DNA of 64,000 bases from positions 156 to 64,155 of the forward strand of contig CAMUXV010000002.1 in the NCBI GenBank assembly GCA_947164795.1. The letters are read 5' to 3'. Of this stretch, positions 57,298 to 64,000 are shown one piece after another (the stretch's first letter is position 1; every line of letters starts with the position of its first letter). A program made the position numbers and the translations under genes. The stretch comes from an uncultured Bacillales bacterium (lineage in GTDB: Bacteria; Bacillota_I; Bacilli_A; RF39; UBA660). The notes beneath the pieces were generated by a model. The model made no database searches and was not told the origin of the DNA. It saw only the letters and a list, made by a program, of their open reading frames with translations.

Positions 57298-59415
57298 ATG
57301 AATATGAATAATCCGTATGAAGAAAATTTACAAAATCCATTAGAAAAATATGGTAGAGATATTACTTCACTAGCTAAAGATGGTAAAATAGATCCAGTAA
57401 TTGGGCGTGATGAAGAAATTAGAAGTATTACAAGAATATTATCTAGAAAAACAAAAAATAATCCTGTATTAATTGGGGAACCAGGTGTTGGTAAAACCGC
57501 TATTATCGAAGGTCTTGCTCAAAGAATTATAAAAGGTGATGTTCCAGATAATTTAAAAGGAAAAACATTATGGGAATTAGATATGGCGTCTCTAATCGCA
57601 GGAGCTAAATATCGTGGTGAATTTGAAGAGAGATTAAAAGCTGTATTAAAAGAAATCAAGGAATCTGACGGTAATATCATCATGTTTATTGATGAAATAC
57701 ATATGATAGTAGGAGCAGGTGCCCTTGAAGGAGCTATGGATGCAGGTAATATGTTAAAGCCAATGCTTGCTCGTGGTGAAATCCATTGTATAGGAGCTAC
57801 TACTCTAAATGAATACAGAAAATATATTGAAAAAGATGCTGCCCTAGAGAGAAGATTCCAAAAGGTATTAGTAAAAGAACCTTCTGTACTTGATACTATA
57901 ACTATACTTAGAGGACTAAAATCAAAGTTTGAAGTATTCCATGGTGTTAATATTAAAGACAAAGCACTAATAGCGGCTGCTACCCTATCAGATAGATATA
58001 TAACAGACAGATTTCTCCCTGATAAAGCAATTGATCTAGTAGATGAAGCATGTTCTACTATTAAGGTGCAAATGAATTCAGTGCCTACTGAGCTAGACGT
58101 TTTAGAAAGAAAAATAATGACCCTTGAAGTAGAAAAAGAAGCATTAAAAAAAGAAAAAGATGATATATCTAAAAACAGAGTTAATGATATTGATAATGAA
58201 TTATCTACATTGAAAAATAAAGAAAAAGATTTAAGAGTCAAATGGGAAGATGAGAAAAATATTAATACTTCAATTAATAAAAAGAAAGAAGAAATTGATA
58301 AAGCAAACTTTGATCTAGAAAACGCTGAAAATAATTATGACTTAGAAAAAGCTGCTAAACTAAGACATGGTATTATTCCTAAACTTGAAAAAGAATTAAG
58401 AGAACTAGAAGAAAGAAATAAAAATGATATTTTATCTGATACAGTTGGTGAAGAAGAAATAGCCTCTATTATATCTAAATGGACTAATATCCCAGTATCT
58501 AAATTAACTAAAGGAGATAAAGAAAAAGTACTTAATCTTGAACAAAATATGAAAGAAAGAGTTAAAGGCCAAGATGAGGCTTTAAAATTAGTAAGTAATG
58601 CCATTTTACGTTCAAGAGCGGGTATCAAAGATCCTAATAGACCTATTGGTTCATTTATCTTCTTAGGACCTACTGGTACTGGTAAAACAGAAGTAGCTAG
58701 AACTTTAGCTTATGAACTATTTGATGACGAAAGACATATGATAAGAATCGATATGTCCGAATATATGGAAAGCCATTCCGTAGCTAGATTAATCGGAGCT
58801 CCTCCAGGATATGTTGGCTATGATGAAGGCGGACAATTAACTGAGGCAGTAAGACGTAATCCCTATTCTATTATCCTATTTGATGAAATAGAAAAAGCTC
58901 ATAAAGATATCTTTAATGTATTATTACAAATATTAGATGATGGAAGAATAACAGATGGTCAAGGCAGAACCGTAGACTTTAAAAACACTATAATTATAAT
59001 GACTTCAAATCTAGGTAGTGAATATATATTAGATAATAATATAAATGCCAAAGAATTAGTGTTAAAAGAATTAAAAAGCACTTTTAAACCAGAATTCTTA
59101 AATCGTATTGATGAAATAGTAATATTTAATTCACTATCTAAAGAAATAGTAAGAGAAATATTGGATAAAATAATTAAAGATACCGAAAAAAGATTAATAA
59201 ATAAAAACTTACATCTATTAATTACTGATAATGCCAAAGAATATATAATCAATTCATCATACGATGAGAAATATGGTGCAAGACCAATTAAAAGATTTGT
59301 AAGTAAAAATATTGAAACTTTAATCGCCGAGAATATCATTAATGATAATATTAAATATGGAGATAATATTATTATCGATATTAAAGATAATAAAATAGTT
59401 TTATCCACTAAATAA
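57298..59415 (+). CDS. clpB: ClpB disaggregase lacking the N-terminal domain (705 aa)
   Basis: Begins about 25 aa before NBD1: [54 protein letters not shown]. Has a coiled-coil M-domain and NBD2 [11 protein letters not shown]...DEIEKAH. ATG 57298 is chosen because the track ATG at 57277 lies only 5-10 nt downstream of the -10 hexamer, at or before the expected transcription start. Confidence 0.9.
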   Translation: MNMNNPYEENLQNPLEKYGRDITSLAKDGKIDPVIGRDEEIRSITRILSRKTKNNPVLIGEPGVGKTAIIEGLAQRIIKGDVPDNLKGKTLWELDMASLIAGAKYRGEFEERLKAVLKEIKESDGNIIMFIDEIHMIVGAGALEGAMDAGNMLKPMLARGEIHCIGATTLNEYRKYIEKDAALERRFQKVLVKEPSVLDTITILRGLKSKFEVFHGVNIKDKALIAAATLSDRYITDRFLPDKAIDLVDEACSTIKVQMNSVPTELDVLERKIMTLEVEKEALKKEKDDISKNRVNDIDNELSTLKNKEKDLRVKWEDEKNINTSINKKKEEIDKANFDLENAENNYDLEKAAKLRHGIIPKLEKELRELEERNKNDILSDTVGEEEIASIISKWTNIPVSKLTKGDKEKVLNLEQNMKERVKGQDEALKLVSNAILRSRAGIKDPNRPIGSFIFLGPTGTGKTEVARTLAYELFDDERHMIRIDMSEYMESHSVARLIGAPPGYVGYDEGGQLTEAVRRNPYSIILFDEIEKAHKDIFNVLLQILDDGRITDGQGRTVDFKNTIIIMTSNLGSEYILDNNINAKELVLKELKSTFKPEFLNRIDEIVIFNSLSKEIVREILDKIIKDTEKRLINKNLHLLITDNAKEYIINSSYDEKYGARPIKRFVSKNIETLIAENIINDNIKYGDNIIIDIKDNKIVLSTK

Positions 59416-59419
59416 TGTA

Positions 59420-59456
59420 AACTAATGTCAACAATTATTGACATTAGTTTTCTTTT
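59420..59456 (+). terminator. Rho-independent terminator after clpB
   Basis: AACTAATGTCAA-CAATTA-TTGACATTAGTT followed by TTCTTTT. Confidence 0.75.
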
Positions 59457-59488
59457 ACTATATATTTATTATAGGAGGTATCTTAAAT

Positions 59489-60178
59489 ATGTATGATAAT
59501 AATGGATATGATAAAAAAAGTGGAGAAGCAGATTACACAGACGCATGGAAAAATGTATTAAAAGGAAACAATCAACCTGCAAGAAATCAACTAGATAATT
59601 TAACAGCAAATAGTACCAAGAAAGGAAAAACAAAAAAGAGTTTATTTGACATATTGAGCACGCCAAAATTAAAAAAAGCAATTATTGGAGCAATAACTAC
59701 AATTACCATTTTAGGTACAACTTATGGAATATTTGATGCAAAAACGAGAGATGCAAGAGAAGCTATTGGTATAAGTAAAGAATCAGTTTCTATAGCTATG
59801 GAAAATCATGGAGTAATTGCAAAAGATGAAAAAGGAAAACTAAAAATTGTTAATTTGGATGCCTTATCAGAATTTAAACTTGATACTAAAGAGGATATGT
59901 TCTTATGTTTGCTCGCCTTAAAAGAAACAGACAACTATGATGATATGGCAAATGGTTATGGAGATTATATTGTAAAGAATAATGTTGCTGAACATATACA
60001 ATACAATGGTGCAGATAGATGTATTAGTTTTAGACAAGCCCTTAATATTTTTGGATATCCTACTGAAACAGAATTTTATAATGATATGATTAATACATTA
60101 ACTGAACAGTATAAGAATGGTAACCTTGATGATTTTCTAATTGAAACACTAAATAGCAAGGGAGGGCAAGTAAAATGA
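59489..60178 (+). CDS. Hypothetical single-pass membrane protein (229 aa)
   Basis: ATG follows TAGGAGGT. TM helix AIIGAITTITILGTTYGIF. The track start at 59438 lies inside the clpB terminator. Confidence 0.5.
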   Translation: MYDNNGYDKKSGEADYTDAWKNVLKGNNQPARNQLDNLTANSTKKGKTKKSLFDILSTPKLKKAIIGAITTITILGTTYGIFDAKTRDAREAIGISKESVSIAMENHGVIAKDEKGKLKIVNLDALSEFKLDTKEDMFLCLLALKETDNYDDMANGYGDYIVKNNVAEHIQYNGADRCISFRQALNIFGYPTETEFYNDMINTLTEQYKNGNLDDFLIETLNSKGGQVK

Positions 60179-60384
60179 AAGCAATAAAATTATTTGATGA
60201 TAAAGACTATATAGTTGTTCAGGAAAAAACCATAGATGGTATAACATATACTCTATTTGTTAATGCAGATAATCAAAATGACCTTTGTTTCAGAAAAACA
60301 ATAATTGAAAATGGAGAAGAATATTATACTAATTTAGAAAATGAAGATGAAGTAAAAAAAGTATTATTAGAATTTACAAAATAG
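60175..60384 (+). CDS. Hypothetical protein (69 aa)
   Basis: ATGA overlap with the upstream ORF, which suggests translational coupling. No motif recognised. Confidence 0.45.
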   Translation: MKAIKLFDDKDYIVVQEKTIDGITYTLFVNADNQNDLCFRKTIIENGEEYYTNLENEDEVKKVLLEFTK

Positions 60385-60410
60385 ATAAGTATCCTTATCT
60401 ATTTTCTTTT
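60383..60410. terminator. Bidirectional terminator between convergent genes
   Basis: AGATAAG-TATC-CTTATCT followed by ATTTTCTTTTT. Confidence 0.6.
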
Positions 60411-61067
60411 TATTCTAATTACATATAAAGAATTACCTCGATAATTTCCATTTTCATCAAAGTCATCATCACTATCATAAGTAAAAGCACTTAGAATAAT
60501 ACTCTCCACTTCATCAATACCATCTACTGCATATAATTTAATCGAAGTAATTAATGAATCGCCATTCATACTTTCAAGATGGCTATAAAAGGAACCATCC
60601 TTTTGATGAATATCATCATATAAATATATGTAAAAATATTTACCAAATTTAAATATATCAGATTCTAATATATTAGATTCAAAATGATTACTATCATATA
60701 ACATAAATTTAATATTAAAACCTATTTTATAATTACTTATATCCTCATAACCATCATAATATTTATTCCAAGTATCTTTAAAATTATTACCATCAATAAC
60801 TTCATTATCAGTTAAAAACACTTCAAAAGAACCAATATCTTTATTGCTAATAAAATCAGTGTAATATGCATCTTTAATAACTTCCTTATTATGATAATTA
60901 TTATTATATAGAAATAAACCTAGCCTTATAGGATTATCATCTACATATTCTAGTTCTTTTTCCTCAATAATAGTTTCGTCATTCTCTACTTCCCTATCTA
61001 ATTTTTTTTCAGTTTTTATAGAACAACCTGCTAGTAACAATAAACTTAATAATAATAATTTTTTCAT
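60399..61067 (-). CDS. Putative lipoprotein (222 aa)
   Basis: Signal peptide plus lipobox MKKLLLLSLLLLAGC. Confidence 0.7.
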   Translation of the reverse strand: MKKLLLLSLLLLAGCSIKTEKKLDREVENDETIIEEKELEYVDDNPIRLGLFLYNNNYHNKEVIKDAYYTDFISNKDIGSFEVFLTDNEVIDGNNFKDTWNKYYDGYEDISNYKIGFNIKFMLYDSNHFESNILESDIFKFGKYFYIYLYDDIHQKDGSFYSHLESMNGDSLITSIKLYAVDGIDEVESIILSAFTYDSDDDFDENGNYRGNSLYVIRIKRK

Positions 61068-61128
61068 ATAATACCTCTATTCTTCTATAAATTAAGAGAT
61101 GATAAATATCATCTCATTTTATTACATA

Positions 61129-61202
61129 TGGTGCCAAATGTAAGAATCGAACTTACCTCTAGGCATTACGAGGGCCTTGTTCTACCACTAAACTAATTTG
61201 GC
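61129..61202 (-). tRNA. tRNA-Thr (anticodon CGT), CCA encoded
   Basis: Minus strand GCCAAAT-TA-GTTT-AGTGGTA-GAAC-A-AGGCC-CTCGTAA-TGCCT-AGAG-GTAAG-TTCGATT-CTTAC-ATTTGGC-A-CCA. The cloverleaf folds with one C:U mismatch at positions 31:39. Anticodon loop is C-U-CGU-A-A. Confidence 0.85.
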
Positions 61203-61210
61203 ATGAGGAA

Positions 61211-61699
61211 TTATCTTCCTTTTCCTCTTTTTGGTTCTTCATCTTCCATGGACATACCATTTAACATTCTAAAAAACATTTCCTTTTGTCTTATAGTATT
61301 TATTTCGTATAATTTAGTTCTATATCCATCAATAATAATTTGCATCTTTTTTATAGTTAAAGCTACATAACTTTTACCTAGATATTTTTGGTAAGTATTC
61401 ATGATCATTAATTTTAATTTTTCTGCTTCCATAAGCTTATTTCTGTATCTAGTTGCACCACCATCTTCTTCATCATCATAACTAGTATTGAGTTCCAACA
61501 ACAATTTAGATATTTTACCACTTATTTTCTTTTTTAATAATTTTTCTGTAAGACTAGGAGAAACAAAAACAATTTTATTTACTTCAATAGCATCTTCCTT
61601 TTGAACTTTTGGCTTAACATTGTAACCATCTTTATTATATTCTAAATATACTACTTCCCCACTCTTTTTATCCTTACTCACAAAATAATTACTACTCAT
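61211..61699 (-). CDS. Hypothetical protein (162 aa) overlapping the trmD stop
   Basis: 8-nt overlap with trmD. Occupies the slot where rplS normally follows trmD. It is not L19-like. Confidence 0.5.
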   Translation of the reverse strand: MSSNYFVSKDKKSGEVVYLEYNKDGYNVKPKVQKEDAIEVNKIVFVSPSLTEKLLKKKISGKISKLLLELNTSYDDEEDGGATRYRNKLMEAEKLKLMIMNTYQKYLGKSYVALTIKKMQIIIDGYRTKLYEINTIRQKEMFFRMLNGMSMEDEEPKRGKGR

Positions 61700-62369
61700 T
61701 TCCTAATCCCCCTAGTAAGTCTGGTCTATTTTCTCTTGTTAATCTAAGTCTTTCACTATCTCTAAATTTCTTTATATTTTCATGATGCCCTGATAATAAT
61801 ACTTCAGGTACTTTCATACCACGATACTCTACTGGTTTAGTATAATTAGGATAATCTAATAAGTTATCATCAAAACTTTCACATTCTAAAGATTCACTAC
61901 TTATTACATTATCTACTAATCTTATAATACTATCCATTACAACCATTGAAGGAAGTTCTCCTCCTGTTAGAATATAATCGCCAATAGATAATTCGATATC
62001 AATAATACTTTTTATTCTCTCATCAAATCCTTCGTAGTGGCCACATAGTATTATTAAATGTTCCTCTTTAGATAATTCTCTAGCTGTACTTTGCTTAAAT
62101 ATTTTACCAGATGGTGTCATCATAATTACTTTAGTACTCTCTTTCTTTAGAGATTCAATTGCTCTAAAGATTGGATCACACATAAGCACCATACCACCAC
62201 CACCACCAAATGGATAATCATCTACTTGCTTATTTTTATATGTAGTATAATCTCTAATATTATGAATATTTATTTCTATCTTTTTATCATCAATTGCTCT
62301 TTTAATAATTGATTCTGATAAGAAATTATCATACATATTAGGAAATAATGTCAATACGTCTATTTTCAT
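61692..62369 (-). CDS. trmD: tRNA (guanine37-N1)-methyltransferase
   Basis: MKIDVLTLFPNMY...DDYPFGGGGGMV...LCGHYEGFDERI...IGDYILTGGELP is a canonical TrmD. Confidence 0.95.
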   Translation of the reverse strand: MKIDVLTLFPNMYDNFLSESIIKRAIDDKKIEINIHNIRDYTTYKNKQVDDYPFGGGGGMVLMCDPIFRAIESLKKESTKVIMMTPSGKIFKQSTARELSKEEHLIILCGHYEGFDERIKSIIDIELSIGDYILTGGELPSMVVMDSIIRLVDNVISSESLECESFDDNLLDYPNYTKPVEYRGMKVPEVLLSGHHENIKKFRDSERLRLTRENRPDLLGGLGNE

Positions 62370-62429
62370 GAGTATCCCTCATTTCTAACACTTATTATAA
62401 TATATAATTATATAAAAGTAAATTATTAT

Positions 62430-63188
62430 TTAATAACCTCGATCATTTAATTTCTTCATTAATACTTTAGATTTAATACTAGGTTCTTTAAATAAATAAG
62501 CATATTTATCTTTATTATCTTCTAAATCATTTAAATCATTATCCTTAAGAGAAATACATAGTTTATCAAAATCAACACTTTGTACACTTTCTTTATAATC
62601 TAAAAATTCTTTATATTGATCTAATGATAATGTTTTAGTATTAACTAAAGCTTCCTCTAATAACTCAAGATTAGAATTCTTAATATATCTAGCAAATAAA
62701 GAAATATATCTAGGTTCACCAGTATTAATAATCGCATTAGCCAATCTATTAATATTAGCTCCTGGTACTTCTTTAGCAAAGAAATAAATACCTTCCGGAT
62801 TATTAATATTTATAATAGCATCTTCTAACAATTTAATATTAGCTCCTTTAACTTTTAAAGCAAATGTTTTAATTATGCCAATCATTCTAAGATCAATTAT
62901 AACTTTTTCTATTTCTTCTACAGGAGCATCTTCAATTTCACATGCATAATGTAATAAATATGTAAAACTCTTTCTTTTTATTAATTCATTTATAATTAAT
63001 CTTCGATCATCACTATTTAATACTTTTACATACTTAGCACACTTATATAATAATTCGTCAGTACCTTCATTTAATAAAGTATCGAGTGTCTCTTTATAAT
63101 TAATTATTCCCTTATTAATTAATATATTTATTATTTTACCATTATCTCTATCAATATTCTTTAAAATAATTCTTAAATATTCTGTCAT
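62430..63188 (-). CDS. Tandem-repeat protein (252 aa), paralog of 9496..10467, inserted between rimM and trmD
   Basis: Same 42-aa head (IDRDNGKIINILINKGIINYKETLDTLLN vs LDNKKGETVSLLLEGNILYKDEFMSELIN), followed by about 5 repeats of 28 aa (e.g. NPEGIYFFAKEVPGANINRLANAIINTG). GGGTGAAAGG RBS 11 nt after rimM. Confidence 0.7.
   Translation of the reverse strand: MTEYLRIILKNIDRDNGKIINILINKGIINYKETLDTLLNEGTDELLYKCAKYVKVLNSDDRRLIINELIKRKSFTYLLHYACEIEDAPVEEIEKVIIDLRMIGIIKTFALKVKGANIKLLEDAIININNPEGIYFFAKEVPGANINRLANAIINTGEPRYISLFARYIKNSNLELLEEALVNTKTLSLDQYKEFLDYKESVQSVDFDKLCISLKDNDLNDLEDNKDKYAYLFKEPSIKSKVLMKKLNDRGY
62634..63062 (-). repeat. Intragenic tandem coding repeats (about 5 units of 28-31 aa)
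   Basis: Units begin TDELLYKCAKYVKV, SFTYLLHYACEIED, MIGIIKTFALKVKG, NPEGIYFFAKEVPG, EPRYISLFARYIKN. Confidence 0.55.
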
Positions 63189-63199
63189 AACCTTTCACC

Positions 63200-63682
63200 C
63201 TAATCAAATAAACCATCTATATCTTTAATATATATTTTCTTATTATTTATATCTATACTATCAATTAAATTATATGGAATTAAATACTCCTTATTATCAT
63301 TCTTAATAACTAATAATACTGTTTTTTCATATCTTTCAATATTAATAACATCACCTTTATAATCATCTATAACATAAGCATTAAGTCCAATAATATCTTC
63401 GTCTAAATAATTATTATCTAATTTAATATCTACTTTATCTACATATACATATTTACCTTTATATTTAAGTACTTCATTGATATTAGAATAACCTTCCATA
63501 GTAATCATATCAAAATTCTTATGCCTTCGATAAGTACTAATTACCCCTTTATCGATCTTATCAATATATATATTCATACCTTTAACAAATACTTTATCTT
63601 TATAAGGAAATTTAGAAAGTAATCTAAGTTCTCCTTTGATACCATGAGTATTAACTATTTTACCTATCTTAACTAACTCCAT
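63200..63682 (-). CDS. rimM: 16S rRNA processing protein RimM
   Basis: MELVKIGKIVNTHGIKGELRL...PRC-barrel C-terminus is a typical RimM. Confidence 0.9.
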   Translation of the reverse strand: MELVKIGKIVNTHGIKGELRLLSKFPYKDKVFVKGMNIYIDKIDKGVISTYRRHKNFDMITMEGYSNINEVLKYKGKYVYVDKVDIKLDNNYLDEDIIGLNAYVIDDYKGDVINIERYEKTVLLVIKNDNKEYLIPYNLIDSIDINNKKIYIKDIDGLFD

Positions 63683-64000
63683 TATTTATTCCTCATCTCA
63701 TACATGATAATTGAAGCTGCTACTCCAACATTTAAACTTTCTACATTGTTATCCATATCAATATATAAATTATAATCACACAAGTTTTCAATATCAGTAC
63801 TCATACCATTACCTTCATTACCAAAAATAATAGCATATTTATCTCTCTTATCAATTTCTTTAATATTTATACCATGATCTACTTTCGTACCATATATAGT
63901 GTAATTATTATTCTTTAGTTCTTCAATAAAAGGTATTAATTCTCTTACTATAATATTAATATGAAACATCATACCTTGAGTACTTCTAATTACTTTAGAA
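63682..64000 (-). CDS. SpoU/TrmH-family RNA 2'-O-methyltransferase, C-terminal part (ORF continues past the window end)
   Basis: IFGNEGNGMS...ESLNVGVAASIIMYE are SPOUT motifs 2-3. The reading frame stays open to position 64000 (...SKVIRSTQGMMFH...). Confidence 0.8.
   Translation of the reverse strand, partial: SKVIRSTQGMMFHINIIVRELIPFIEELKNNNYTIYGTKVDHGINIKEIDKRDKYAIIFGNEGNGMSTDIENLCDYNLYIDMDNNVESLNVGVAASIIMYEMRNK

Noticed and set aside
61096-61115. A perfect 9-bp-arm palindrome GAGATGATA-AA-TATCATCTC between tRNA-Thr and the lipoprotein gene, considered as a protein-binding site.
   Set aside because: It is most simply the terminator or processing hairpin downstream of the tRNA on the minus strand. 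It is single copy in the window, and there is no evidence for an operator role.

Overview
This 64-kb window is from a very AT-rich chromosome of an endospore-forming Firmicute. GC looks below about 30% by eye but was not computed. The standard genetic code applies: TGA is used as a stop and Trp is encoded by TGG.

Positions 1-39.3 kb are almost entirely + strand. They carry:
- the spc/alpha ribosomal-protein operons (rplN' to rplQ, with secY-adk-map-infA-rpmJ);
- htpG-hsp20, ligA, ylbD/ylbE-like genes and def;
- a dacF / spoIIAA / sigF-like module;
- secDF-relA-dtd;
- a T-box-controlled aspS(type 2)-asnS operon;
- a 6S-RNA-like gene, tcdA, rarA, xerD and a phosphohexomutase.

Gene orientation flips at about 39.3-39.9 kb, in an ORF-free AT-rich gap. 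That gap holds a 28-bp dif-like XerC/D site, so it is a candidate replication terminus.

From there to 57 kb almost everything is - strand:
- mnmA, spoIIM and a sigma-70 family gene;
- zupT and glmS with its ribozyme;
- spoIVB (+ strand), then xseB-xseA-nusB and yqfC-yqfD;
- a + strand cotY/Z-like gene and thyA-folA-tmk.

After 57 kb come clpB, tRNA-Thr and SpoU'-rimM-X-trmD.

I saw no transposase, prophage, CRISPR array or recognisable defence island.

The main things worth a second look are:
1. A catalytically degenerate ClpX-derived protein encoded immediately downstream of asnS, after the T-box aspS-asnS pair.
2. A spoIIAA-sigF pair with no spoIIAB between them.
3. Two paralogous 27-28-aa tandem-repeat proteins, one after rplQ and one between rimM and trmD. 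Other lineage-specific ORFs also sit inside translation operons (rpsN|rpsH, and after trmD in place of rplS).
4. A CIRCE-architecture operator variant shared by the htpG and clpB promoters.
5. The dif-like site next to xerD, at the point where genes converge.
6. A sigma factor followed by a tail-anchored protein, and a minimal kinase-like three-gene unit.

All functional calls rest on my reading of the translated ORFs and motifs. No database search was possible.
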